From Bacteroidales bacterium (lineage in GTDB: Bacteria > Bacteroidota > Bacteroidia > Bacteroidales > VadinHA17), in NCBI GenBank assembly GCA_012519515.1, contig JAAYQC010000165.1, positions 1,753-65,752 of the forward strand: a stretch of DNA of 64,000 bases, given 5' to 3'. Under the pieces are notes generated by a model that saw nothing but the letters and a program-made list of their open reading frames with translations, had not been told where the DNA came from and searched no databases. A program made the position numbers and the translations under genes. Every line of letters begins with the position of its first letter. Position 1 is the stretch's first letter. This document shows positions 8,810 through 18,169 of this stretch, in pieces.

Positions 8810-10855
8810 ATGCAAACCGGAAAAATTGGAGTAACCACTGAGAACATTTTCCCCATAATTAAAAAATTCCTTTATTCAGATCATGAGATATTCCTCCGCG
8901 AGATAATTTCCAACGCCGTCGATGCAACCCAGAAAGTGAAGGCAATTGCTTCAGCAGGCGACTTCAAGGGAGAGCTTGGAGATCTTACCATCAGGGTTTC
9001 AGTTGATAAGAAGAAAAAAACCATCACTGTTTCCGATTCGGGAATTGGAATGACATCTGAGGAAATCGATAAATATTTGAACCAGATTGCTTTTTCAAGC
9101 GCCAACGACTTCCTTGAGAAATATAAGGATCAGGTCAATTCGATCATTGGCCATTTCGGTCTTGGCTTCTATTCAGCATTCATGGTTTCCGACAGGGTGG
9201 AGGTTATCTCAAAATCATGGGATGAAACAGAGCCGGCTGTAAAGTGGAGCTGCGACGGCAGCCCGGAATATACGATAGAGGAAACGGAAAAGAAAACCAG
9301 GGGAACCGACGTGATCCTTTATATCGACAAGGAATCGAAAGAATTCCTCGAAGAAAGCAGAATTGAAGAATTGCTGAAGAAATACTGCAAATTCCTTCCT
9401 GTTGAAATAGCATTCGGTCAGGAAAAGGAATGGAAGGACGGTAAGTATGTAGAGACCGGAAAAGACAGGATCATCAACAATACAAGACCTGCATGGACAC
9501 TGAAGCCTTCGGAACTGAAGGATGAAGATTATATGAAGTTCTACAGGGAACTTTATCCCATTGGCGATGAGCCCCTGTTCAACATCCACCTGAACGTCGA
9601 TTATCCCTTTAAGCTTACCGGAATACTGTATTTTCCCAGAATCAAATCAAATATTGAAATACAGAAGAACAAGATCCAGCTTTACTGCAACCAGGTATTT
9701 GTTACCGACTCGGTTGAAGGAATTGTTCCCGAATTCCTCACTCTTCTTCATGGTGTGATAGATTCGCCCGATATCCCGCTCAATGTGTCGCGAAGCTATC
9801 TGCAGAGCGATACGAATGTCAAGAAGATATCCTCGCACATCACCAGGAAAGTTGCCGACAGGCTCTTCGAGATTTTCAAGAACAACCGCGAGGAGTATGA
9901 GAAGAAATGGGACAACCTGAAACTGTTCATAATCTACGGGATGATCACCGAGGAAAAATTCTATGATAAAGCAACGAAGTTCGCACTCCTCAAGAATACC
10001 GACGACAAATACTTCACATTCGAGGAATATGAAAAGCTTATAAAGGAAAACCAGACTGACAAGAACAAATCGCTTGTTTACCTGTATACAAACAACAAGA
10101 CCGATCAGTATTCATATATCGAAAAAGCAAAAAACAAGGGCTACGATGTCCTGAACCTCGACGGTCAGCTCGATTTGCACCTGATCAACCATCTTGAGAC
10201 CAAATTCAAGGACTCCAGATTTGTAAGGGTCGACTCTGATGTGATTGACAAGCTGATCCCCCGTGAGGATGAGAAGAAATCGAAGCTCTCACCTGATCAG
10301 CAGGATGATCTCAGAAGTGTCTTCAATGTCAGGGTGAAAACTAAGGAAATTTACAATGCCGTTCCCGAAGCACTCGACGAAAACGATTCGCCTGTTATCA
10401 TTACCCAATCGGAATTCATGCGCAGGATGAAGGATATGTCCCAAATCGGCGGCGGAATGAATTTTTACGGCGAACTGCCCGACAGATTCAACCTGGTTGT
10501 CAATGTAAACCATCCGCTGGTAATAAGAATATCGGAAGATCTTAACGAGAAGGAAGGAAAGAGACTTCAGGATAATGCTGATGAAAGGAAAAGACTGAAG
10601 GACGAAATAGATTTCATGGAAAAGGAACATAGCAGGAAGAAACCGGAGGAGATCAGTCAGTTCGAGAAGGATGACCTGGAAAAGCTCAGAAAAGAACTCG
10701 AAACCATCGAGTCGGCGCGCAGGGAAGTGCTCGAGGCTTACGGATCGGAAAACCAGATCGTAAAACAGCTTGTTGACCTGGCTCTGCTTTCCAACAATAT
10801 GCTAAGGGGAGAGGATCTCAGCACTTTCGTTAAGAGAAGCGTTGAACTGCTTTGA
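8810..10855 (+). CDS. htpG: molecular chaperone HtpG (Hsp90)
   Basis: 681 aa. GHKL ATPase N-domain strings: FLREIISNAVDA, DSGIGMT, IGHFGLGFYSAFMV. Confidence 0.97.
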   Translation: MQTGKIGVTTENIFPIIKKFLYSDHEIFLREIISNAVDATQKVKAIASAGDFKGELGDLTIRVSVDKKKKTITVSDSGIGMTSEEIDKYLNQIAFSSANDFLEKYKDQVNSIIGHFGLGFYSAFMVSDRVEVISKSWDETEPAVKWSCDGSPEYTIEETEKKTRGTDVILYIDKESKEFLEESRIEELLKKYCKFLPVEIAFGQEKEWKDGKYVETGKDRIINNTRPAWTLKPSELKDEDYMKFYRELYPIGDEPLFNIHLNVDYPFKLTGILYFPRIKSNIEIQKNKIQLYCNQVFVTDSVEGIVPEFLTLLHGVIDSPDIPLNVSRSYLQSDTNVKKISSHITRKVADRLFEIFKNNREEYEKKWDNLKLFIIYGMITEEKFYDKATKFALLKNTDDKYFTFEEYEKLIKENQTDKNKSLVYLYTNNKTDQYSYIEKAKNKGYDVLNLDGQLDLHLINHLETKFKDSRFVRVDSDVIDKLIPREDEKKSKLSPDQQDDLRSVFNVRVKTKEIYNAVPEALDENDSPVIITQSEFMRRMKDMSQIGGGMNFYGELPDRFNLVVNVNHPLVIRISEDLNEKEGKRLQDNADERKRLKDEIDFMEKEHSRKKPEEISQFEKDDLEKLRKELETIESARREVLEAYGSENQIVKQLVDLALLSNNMLRGEDLSTFVKRSVELL

Positions 10856-10897
10856 AATCCGGAGGCATTACAATCTTTAAGAGCTGAAAATAACAAC

Positions 10898-10948
10898 AAA
10901 TAATTGTCGACAAACAATAACCCGATTATTGTTTGTCGACAATTATTT
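10898..10948. terminator. 23-bp perfect palindrome, probable bidirectional terminator between convergent genes
   Basis: AAATAATTGTCGACAAACAATAA - cccga - TTATTGTTTGTCGACAATTATTT. Lies between the htpG stop and the stop of the minus-strand 173-aa gene, and is flanked by A/T runs. Confidence 0.6.
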
Positions 10949-11003
10949 TACCTGAAACGATATGGTTTTTAAGGCTTTATAATATTAAGGAACAGGGGAG
11001 GGC

Positions 11004-11525
11004 TCAGATCATTTTTGCTACTTCAGCCTTTATAAAGTCAATGGCGACCCGGGTAGGTTCGTGTTCCATCTCCATAACCCTGCCAAGAAGGAGTTTGCTG
11101 AGTTCAATAGCGGGGAGATCGTTCTTGAGCTTTTCAGCTTCACTGTTTATTAGCTTTATGATGTTCGACCTGGCATTTCTTACACATTCCCATGCCTGAG
11201 TGCTCATGTAGATCTGTTGCGAAAGATTGTGCTCGAACTCGCTTCTTATCGTTGTCAGAAGTGCTGACTGAAGCTGCGAAACCGTCATGCCGGGTGTGCT
11301 TACCCTCATCAGAAGCGATTCAAGACTTATCCTTTCAAGAAAAAGAACTACCCTTTCATAAGCCTGAAGTTTTATAGGGGTGATGGTCCGGTTTCCCTGA
11401 AGAATAACTTCCTGTCTTCTTTTCTCTTCATCGTTCCTGATCATGTTCCTCAGAATGATCCAGGCGGTCAGAAAAACAATAAGTGCGGGCAATGTGATCT
11501 TAAGAATGTCAGCAACTGTTTCCAT
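11004..11525 (-). CDS. hypothetical membrane-anchored protein
   Basis: 173-aa ORF with an N-terminal hydrophobic helix (ITLPALIVFLTAWIIL) followed by a charged helical region. No family recognised. Confidence 0.6.
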   Translation of the reverse strand: METVADILKITLPALIVFLTAWIILRNMIRNDEEKRRQEVILQGNRTITPIKLQAYERVVLFLERISLESLLMRVSTPGMTVSQLQSALLTTIRSEFEHNLSQQIYMSTQAWECVRNARSNIIKLINSEAEKLKNDLPAIELSKLLLGRVMEMEHEPTRVAIDFIKAEVAKMI

Positions 11526-11608
11526 GTCATTGTTGATTTATATGCAAACCTAAGATATTTTGTTAAAATATGTTCGCTGCAGGTCTGATAAAAACAGCAT
11601 ACAGCAAT

Positions 11609-11638
11609 ATTGAAAATCAAAAATTCCTCTTACTTTTG
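11609..11638 (+). promoter_or_regulatory. candidate promoter for the aminotransferase gene
   Basis: TACTTTTG (11631-11638) matches the TAnnTTTG -7 box. The -33 element is weak (ATTG, 11609-11612). Confidence 0.35.
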
Positions 11639-11720
11639 GCTGCTGCCGGAGACATAAACCCGTGAGCCGTCAAGGTTTGCGGCATAGTTCCGGCGGAAAC
11701 CCTGATTATAACCAAGCTGT

Positions 11721-12914
11721 ATGGAATATTTATCCGATAGAATTAAATTGCTGTCTGTATCGCAGACTCTTGCCATGGCTCAAAAGAGCCGTGAGTTAAA
11801 GGAATCCGGTATTGATGTAATCAGTCTCAGTCTGGGAGAACCTGATTTCAATACTCCCGAATATGTCAAGGAGGCCGCCAAAAAGGCCATTGATGATAAC
11901 TTTTCAAAATATCCGCCCGTACCTGGTTACAACGACCTGAGAGATGTAATCGCGAGGAAATTCAGGGAAGAGAACGGGATAAACTACAGCCGGGAGCAGA
12001 TCATCGTATCTGCCGGAGCCAAGCATTCGCTGATAAATGTAATTATGTCGATCATTAATCCGGGAGATGAGGTTATTCTCCTTGCTCCCTACTGGGTGAG
12101 TTACTATGATCAGATCATATTTGCAGGCGGGAAGCCGGTTGTGGTGGAGGCCCTTCTGCAGAATGACTTCAAGGTATGCCCTGAGCAGATAGAAAAGGCA
12201 ATCACTGGCCGTACAAGGCTTATAATTTTCAATTCGCCGTCGAATCCGACAGGGATGGTATATACAAGAGATGAGATGGAGCAGATAGCCCGTGTAGTCG
12301 AAAGGCATGAAGGTGTTTTTATAATATCGGATGAGATCTATGAACATATCATCTATGAGGGTGAACATGTAAGCATGGCATCCTTCAGCTTTATATACGA
12401 CAGGGTCATTACCGTGAACGGGGTGTCGAAAGCTTTTGCAATGACCGGATGGAGAATAGGATACATGGGGGCGCCTTTGTGGATATCAAAAGCCTGCAAC
12501 AAGCTGCAGGGACAGTTTACCTCCGGAGTATGTTCAATTGCGCAGAAGGCTGCCTGTGCTGCCCTTGAAGGAAAAGACGAATCTGTAAGGATAATGAGGG
12601 ATGCTTTCCTCCGCCGCCGCGACCTCATCTGCGGTTTGCTGAAAGAGATTAAGGGACTGAAGCTTAGAATTCCGCAGGGAGCATTCTATGTAATGCCCGA
12701 TATTTCATATTATCTCGGCTTATCACATGGCACCGGCACCATCGCCAGTGCTGACGATCTGGCAATGTACCTTCTTGAAAAAGCTCATGTTGCCGTTGTC
12801 GGGGGAGATACATTCGGAGCTCCGGAATGCATAAGGATTTCATACGCCAATTCCGACGAACTGCTTATAGAAGCTGTAAAAAGGATCGGGGCAGCGCTTG
12901 AAAAACTGCACTGA
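11721..12914 (+). CDS. class-I PLP aminotransferase (aspartate aminotransferase-like)
   Basis: 397 aa: LSLGEPDF, NSPSNPTG, SKAFAMTGWRIGY (PLP-Lys motif). Confidence 0.9.
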   Translation: MEYLSDRIKLLSVSQTLAMAQKSRELKESGIDVISLSLGEPDFNTPEYVKEAAKKAIDDNFSKYPPVPGYNDLRDVIARKFREENGINYSREQIIVSAGAKHSLINVIMSIINPGDEVILLAPYWVSYYDQIIFAGGKPVVVEALLQNDFKVCPEQIEKAITGRTRLIIFNSPSNPTGMVYTRDEMEQIARVVERHEGVFIISDEIYEHIIYEGEHVSMASFSFIYDRVITVNGVSKAFAMTGWRIGYMGAPLWISKACNKLQGQFTSGVCSIAQKAACAALEGKDESVRIMRDAFLRRRDLICGLLKEIKGLKLRIPQGAFYVMPDISYYLGLSHGTGTIASADDLAMYLLEKAHVAVVGGDTFGAPECIRISYANSDELLIEAVKRIGAALEKLH

Positions 12915-12925
12915 GATTCCTGAAC

Positions 12926-12959
12926 CGGTTTCCTGAAAGTCTTGTCTTTCAGGAAACCG
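12926..12959. terminator. 14-bp perfect hairpin between convergent genes
   Basis: CGGTTTCCTGAAAG - tcttgt - CTTTCAGGAAACCG. Confidence 0.65.
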
Positions 12960-12963
12960 TCTG

Positions 12964-13515
12964 TCAGTATTTGTTGTAGGTCACCGTTTCGTCCTTTGGC
13001 TTCCTCTTCTTCTGCCGGTATTCACCCGCGGCATATCCCAGGGTGATGATAAGCTCGACCCTCTTTGACGAAGGTATTCCAAGGATGCTTCTTAGCCTTC
13101 CCTCATCAAACCACCCGATTATACACGTTCCCAATCCTTCTGCAAGTGCCTGGAGACAGATGTTTTCAGTGGCGATCCCTATGTCTATTAGAGAATAGTC
13201 CTTGCTCTTTATTGTCCCGCCAACCTTTGAACTGAAGTTCGGCTTTTCCCTGACAATAACTATTATCACAGGGGCCTGACCGATGAAAGTATTCATCCCC
13301 AGTAGCTTGGCTGAACCGGCATCGGCAATTCGCGAGAGCAGTTCCTTGTCGGTGACCGCTACGAATTTCCATGGCTGTGCATTGCATGCCGACGGGGCCA
13401 TTCTCGCTGCCTCGAGTACGCGATCGAGTTTTTCCTGTTCTACAGGCTTGTCTTTGTATTTCCTCTCACTCTGACGCCTGAGAATAAACTCAAGCATCTC
13501 TTTTCCTTCCATCAT
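12964..13515 (-). CDS. nitroreductase family protein
   Basis: RRQSERKY, APSACNAQPWKFV and the overall ~180-aa size are typical of NAD(P)H-flavin nitroreductases. Confidence 0.85.
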   Translation of the reverse strand: MMEGKEMLEFILRRQSERKYKDKPVEQEKLDRVLEAARMAPSACNAQPWKFVAVTDKELLSRIADAGSAKLLGMNTFIGQAPVIIVIVREKPNFSSKVGGTIKSKDYSLIDIGIATENICLQALAEGLGTCIIGWFDEGRLRSILGIPSSKRVELIITLGYAAGEYRQKKRKPKDETVTYNKY

Positions 13516-13518
13516 GCA

Positions 13519-14097
13519 TTAATAGTTTTCCGGCATGAGTTCAAAATATGCGGTCGGGTGCAGACAGGATGGACAGTTTTTGAGAGCTTTTGTTCCAAAA
13601 TGTACATAACCGCATTTCCTGCAGTACCAGAATACCTTGTCGTCGCGTTCGAATACCTTGTTCTTCATGAGGTTGTCGAGAAGCTTGCGATACCTGTCCT
13701 CGTGGTTTTTCTCGGCTGAGGCAATGGCCCTGAAAGTACTGGCAATATTCTTGAATCCTTCTTCTTCGGCCACCCTGGCAAATTCAGGATAGAGTTCGTT
13801 CCATTCCTCATGTTCACCGGCAGCCGCGGCTTTGAGGTTTTCAGAAGTCGTCCCGGTTTTTCCCGCGGGATAACTGGCTGTAATCTCAACCATACCACCT
13901 TCAAGGAAGTTGAAGAACCTCTTTGCATGCTGCTGCTCCTGGAGAGCCGTTTCGAGAAATATAGCGGCAATCTGTTCGTAACCTTCCGACTTTGCAACCT
14001 TTGCTGCAAATTCATACCTGTTCTTTGCCTGCGATTCTCCTGCAAATGCCTTTAGCAGATTCTTTTCTGTCATTGTGCCTTTTAAACTCTTTTCCAT
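13519..14097 (-). CDS. rbr: rubrerythrin
   Basis: Di-iron four-helix motifs (GESQAKNRY, EQQHAKRF, GEHEEWNELY, AEKNHEDRY) plus a C-terminal rubredoxin-like CRKCGY...CPSC. The start at MEKSLKG is preferred over the longer listed ORF. Confidence 0.9.
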   Translation of the reverse strand: MEKSLKGTMTEKNLLKAFAGESQAKNRYEFAAKVAKSEGYEQIAAIFLETALQEQQHAKRFFNFLEGGMVEITASYPAGKTGTTSENLKAAAAGEHEEWNELYPEFARVAEEEGFKNIASTFRAIASAEKNHEDRYRKLLDNLMKNKVFERDDKVFWYCRKCGYVHFGTKALKNCPSCLHPTAYFELMPENY

Positions 14098-14227
14098 ATC
14101 GTTTGTTTTTAGATTATGTCCGGTAAATGGTTTCCGATATTTACATATGTTGATATTCGGCAAAAATATCTATCTTTAATTTTAAATTGTAATAATTCTG
14201 AAAATATTAACTTAAATAAACTAAGAA

Positions 14228-14791
14228 ATGGCAATATCACTTGTAATTCTGGCTATCATCGTATTCCTTGTATTCTTCGTGATTTCGCTGTATAACAGGC
14301 TTGTAAGGCTCCGTAACAACAGGGAACAGGCTTTTGCCGATGTTGATGTTCAGCTAAAGCAGAGACACGATCTCATTCCCCAGCTGGTCGAAACCGTGAA
14401 GGGATACATGGTTCATGAGCGCGAGGTACTTATCTCTATCACTGAGGCCCGTGCCGGTGCCATGAAGGCAACAACGGTTAATGAGAAAATAGAGGCCGAG
14501 ACAAGACTGACAAGCGCTCTCCAGGGTCTGAGGGTTGCAGTTGAAAACTACCCCGACCTTAAGGCAAGCCAGAATTTTCTCGATCTGCAAAACGAGATAG
14601 CCGACATTGAAAACAAGATAGCGGCAGCAAGAAGGTTCTTCAACTCCGCCACCAAGGAACTCAACACTGCAACCGAGTTGTTCCCTTCGAATATAATTGC
14701 TTCCATGTTCAACTTCAAGCGGGAGCCGATGTTCGATCTGGGTGACCAGCGTACTGTGGTTGAGACACCGACTCAGATCAAGTTCAACTAG
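14228..14791 (+). CDS. lemA: LemA family protein
   Basis: N-terminal TM helix followed by YNRLVRLRN..., VENYPDLKASQNF and RRFFNSA, the canonical LemA pattern. Confidence 0.9.
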   Translation: MAISLVILAIIVFLVFFVISLYNRLVRLRNNREQAFADVDVQLKQRHDLIPQLVETVKGYMVHEREVLISITEARAGAMKATTVNEKIEAETRLTSALQGLRVAVENYPDLKASQNFLDLQNEIADIENKIAAARRFFNSATKELNTATELFPSNIIASMFNFKREPMFDLGDQRTVVETPTQIKFN

Positions 14792-14792
14792 T

Positions 14793-15734
14793 ATGAAGTA
14801 CTACGGCCTTCAGAGCCAGATAAGGAAAAACAACATGAACTCAGTGCTTCTGCTGCTGATGTTCCCTTTGGTCTTTTATGCCCTTGCCTGGCTTTTTTTC
14901 CTGTTAATGTCGATAGGAATGGAGGACCAGGAAATGAAACTGGAATTTGTTAACCGGTCGTTCCTGCACACTGTACCGTGGATAACCATCGGAGTGCTTG
15001 TATGGTTCACAATAGCCTGGTTCTCACATACAACCATAATAAACCTTGCCACCAACTCAAAACCCCTGGAACGGAAGGAGAACAAGAGAGTGTATAACCT
15101 GGTGGAGAACCTGTGCATATCGACAGGGATGAAGATGCCCAGGGTTAACATTATCGAAGACAATTCGCTGAATGCCTTTGCAAGCGGGATAAATGAGAAA
15201 ACCTACACGGTGTCGCTGTCACGGGGTATAATAGACAGGCTTGAGGATGATGAACTGGAGGCAGTGATTGCCCATGAGCTTACCCATATCCGGAACAGGG
15301 ATGTCAGGCTTCTTATTATATCAATTGTCTTTGTCGGCATCTTTGCATACATAACCGAAATGCTTTTCAGGTCGCTGCGATTCGGCAACATGGGACGAGG
15401 TAAAAAGGAAAGCCGTGGAATATTCATAGCTATGTTCCTGGCTCTTATCGGCTACCTGCTGGCATCCCTTTTCAGGTTTGCCCTTTCGAGGAAGCGTGAA
15501 TACCTTGCCGATGCCGGAGCGGCCGAGCTTACCAGGAGACCTCTTTCACTTGCTTCGGCACTGAGAAAGATATCCGTCGATCCCACTATCGAAGCGGTAA
15601 AACGAAAAGATGTGGCTCAGATGTTCATAGAGAATCCCGGAGAACCGGAAGAGAAGACTTCTTTTTCGTTTGCCAACTTGTTTGCAACCCATCCTCCCAT
15701 AGAGAAAAGGATAAAGCTGCTCGAACAGTATTGA
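14793..15734 (+). CDS. M48-family (HtpX-like) zinc metallopeptidase
   Basis: HELTHIRNRD (HExxH), multiple TM helices, and the common LemA-M48 pairing. The ATG at 14793, right after the lemA stop, is preferred over the listed start at 14697. Confidence 0.85.
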   Translation: MKYYGLQSQIRKNNMNSVLLLLMFPLVFYALAWLFFLLMSIGMEDQEMKLEFVNRSFLHTVPWITIGVLVWFTIAWFSHTTIINLATNSKPLERKENKRVYNLVENLCISTGMKMPRVNIIEDNSLNAFASGINEKTYTVSLSRGIIDRLEDDELEAVIAHELTHIRNRDVRLLIISIVFVGIFAYITEMLFRSLRFGNMGRGKKESRGIFIAMFLALIGYLLASLFRFALSRKREYLADAGAAELTRRPLSLASALRKISVDPTIEAVKRKDVAQMFIENPGEPEEKTSFSFANLFATHPPIEKRIKLLEQY

Positions 15735-15762
15735 TTCAGACAGCCGGGGTTAATTGCAGGGC

Positions 15763-16404
15763 TTATTGATTTCTTCCGCCGCGGGGCTTTATCAGCTTTG
15801 ATTCTTCTCCTTTAAGCAGTCGGCCGATGTTCTTTCTGTGAGTTATCAGAAGAGCTATGGCTACCACAACCGAAAATATCTTCAGGTATATTGAGGGACT
15901 GTCGAAGAATAGGAATAGCAGGACAGGGAAGGATATTCCGGCTGTCATCGATCCAAGCGAGACATAACCCGATATCAGGAAAACACACAGGAACACCCCT
16001 AAGCATGAAATGGTTACCAGGGGATGAATGGCAAGAAGAACCCCGAATATGGTGGCAACTCCCTTTCCTCCGCGGAAACCGGCGAACACCGGATATATAT
16101 GCCCCAGAACAGTCATCAGACCTGCAATGATCTGGTAGTTTGTGATCATCGAGCTGCCTTCGTCGGCCATGTTCAGGAAGACGGGAAGCATTGCCCCGAC
16201 CCATCCCTTGAGCACATCGATCAGAAGCACAGGCACACCGGTCTTCCAGCCCAGAACCCTTATTACGTTTGTTGCCCCCGCGTTTCCGCTCCCGTGTTCC
16301 CTAACATCGGTCTTGTGAAATATCTTTCCCACCCATACAGCTGTTGCTATCGATCCGGTGAGGTAGGCCAGAACTACGACTAGCAGCAGGAGGGGGAGGT
16401 TCAT
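15763..16404 (-). CDS. plsY: glycerol-3-phosphate acyltransferase PlsY
   Basis: GSGNAGATNVIRVLG, FAGFRGGKGVAT, polytopic membrane protein. Confidence 0.93.
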   Translation of the reverse strand: MNLPLLLLVVVLAYLTGSIATAVWVGKIFHKTDVREHGSGNAGATNVIRVLGWKTGVPVLLIDVLKGWVGAMLPVFLNMADEGSSMITNYQIIAGLMTVLGHIYPVFAGFRGGKGVATIFGVLLAIHPLVTISCLGVFLCVFLISGYVSLGSMTAGISFPVLLFLFFDSPSIYLKIFSVVVAIALLITHRKNIGRLLKGEESKLIKPRGGRNQ

Positions 16405-16424
16405 ATTACAGCGGTGTTACAGTA

Positions 16425-18044
16425 TTATACAGAAGGCCCTGATTCGGCAAGGGCTGCTGTTTCCTCGTTAGATGAGAACTTGCTGAAATTATTTATGAAT
16501 TTCAGGGCAAGATCGGTAGCGGCGATACGCCATTTCACAGACGATTCCCATGATTCCGAAGGATCAAGCAGTCCATCCCTGATTCCTTCTATGCTTTTGG
16601 GTATCTTCAGGTTGAAAATAGGAAGTGTCTTGAATTCCGAGTTCATGATCGAATCGTCGAGTATGGAATTAATTATACGTCTTGTTGTTGGAAGGTCAAT
16701 CCTTGATCCGGTGCCGTAAGGCCCGCCTGTCCAGCCGGTATTGACAAGCCAGGCCTGTGTTCCGTGCTGTTTCATCTTCCTGGTGAGCTCGTTGGCGTAG
16801 ATAATGGGATCGAGCAGGAGGAAGGCTGCACCGAAACAGGCAGAGAACGACGGAACCGGCTCAATGATGCCCCGTTCGGTCCCGGCTACCTTTGCCGTAT
16901 AGCCGCTGAGGAAGTAGTATTTGGTCTGCTCTTCATCAAGAAGGCTTACGGGAGGAAGAACCCCGAAGGTGTCGGCAGTGAGGAAGATCACCTTTTTTGC
17001 ATGACCTCCCTTTGAAACAGGTTTTACAATATTATTAATATGGTACATGGGGTATGACACCCTGGTGTTCTCCGTTTTGGAACCATCGGCAAAATCAATG
17101 CTGCCGTCGGGAAGGACAACCAGGTTCTCAAGAAGTGCATCCCTGCGAATGGCATTGTATATGTCGGGCTCGTGCTTCTTACTCAGGTTGATGCATTTGG
17201 CGTAGCAGCCTCCTTCAAAATTGAATATTCCATCGTCATCCCAGCCATGTTCGTCATCGCCGATCAGGGCTCTGTCGGGGTCGGTGGACAGGGTGGTTTT
17301 GCCGGTTCCCGAAAGCCCGAAGAAGATCACAACATCTCCTTTCCTGCCAACGTTGGCCGAGCAATGCATCGACGCGATACCCTTAAGCGGAAGGTAGTAG
17401 TTCATCACCGAGAAAAGTCCTTTCTTCATCTCACCTCCGTACCAGGTGCCGCCGATTACAGCCATTCCTGCCGAAAGGTTGAAGAAAACAAAGTTCTCGG
17501 AATTAAGCCCCTGCTTTTCCCAGTCGGGATTGGTTGTCTTCGAAGCCGTCAGAACCACGAAATCAGGCTTGAAGTTTTCCAGTTCACTCTCGTTAGGCCT
17601 TATGAACATGTTCTTGACGAAGTGGGCCTGCCATGCAACCTCGACTACGAATCTCACTGAAAGACGCGTGTTTACATTGGCTCCGCAGAAGCAGTCGACA
17701 ACAAAAAGCCTTTTGCCGGAAAGCTGCTTTGCTGACAGTCTTCTGCAATGTTCCCAGATCTCCGCACTGATAGGCTTGTTGTCGGACACCTTGTTTTTTT
17801 CCGACTTCCACCATACTGTATCGCGGGTGGTATCGTCGAGAACAATGTATTTGTCGGCGGGCGACCTGCCTGTGAATATGCCGGTGTCGACAGCTACTGC
17901 TCCTGACCGGGTAATTATCCCCTTTTCAAAACCTGTGAGCCCGGGTTTGGTTTCTTCGGCAAAGAGTGTATTGTATGACGGATTATAGACTATTTCCTGA
18001 ACATTCTCTATTCCGTATTTTTCAAGATCTGTAGCAGTTACCAT
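16425..18044 (-). CDS. pckA: phosphoenolpyruvate carboxykinase (ATP)
   Basis: 539 aa. [13 protein letters not shown] kinase-1a motif, [16 protein letters not shown]. Confidence 0.97.
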   Translation of the reverse strand: MVTATDLEKYGIENVQEIVYNPSYNTLFAEETKPGLTGFEKGIITRSGAVAVDTGIFTGRSPADKYIVLDDTTRDTVWWKSEKNKVSDNKPISAEIWEHCRRLSAKQLSGKRLFVVDCFCGANVNTRLSVRFVVEVAWQAHFVKNMFIRPNESELENFKPDFVVLTASKTTNPDWEKQGLNSENFVFFNLSAGMAVIGGTWYGGEMKKGLFSVMNYYLPLKGIASMHCSANVGRKGDVVIFFGLSGTGKTTLSTDPDRALIGDDEHGWDDDGIFNFEGGCYAKCINLSKKHEPDIYNAIRRDALLENLVVLPDGSIDFADGSKTENTRVSYPMYHINNIVKPVSKGGHAKKVIFLTADTFGVLPPVSLLDEEQTKYYFLSGYTAKVAGTERGIIEPVPSFSACFGAAFLLLDPIIYANELTRKMKQHGTQAWLVNTGWTGGPYGTGSRIDLPTTRRIINSILDDSIMNSEFKTLPIFNLKIPKSIEGIRDGLLDPSESWESSVKWRIAATDLALKFINNFSKFSSNEETAALAESGPSV

Positions 18045-18121
18045 ATCAGATATTTTAGTTGTAAAGTGAATTCAAATTTATTAATAATATTAAAAACAAA
18101 AGTCCGTATTATAAATTAATT

Positions 18122-18149
18122 AAAAAAGGGCATCTCTGAGATGCCCTTT
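18122..18149 (-). terminator. rho-independent terminator after ppdK
   Basis: On the minus strand, AAGGGCATC-tcaga-GATGCCCTT is followed by TTTTTT. Confidence 0.7.
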
Positions 18150-18169
18150 TCTGGTGTTATGGAAACAGA

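Noticed and set aside
14697-14792. Upstream extension of the M48 peptidase ORF overlapping lemA
   Set aside because: It overlaps the LemA C-terminus in another frame. An ATG immediately after the lemA stop gives a normal N-terminus with TM helices.
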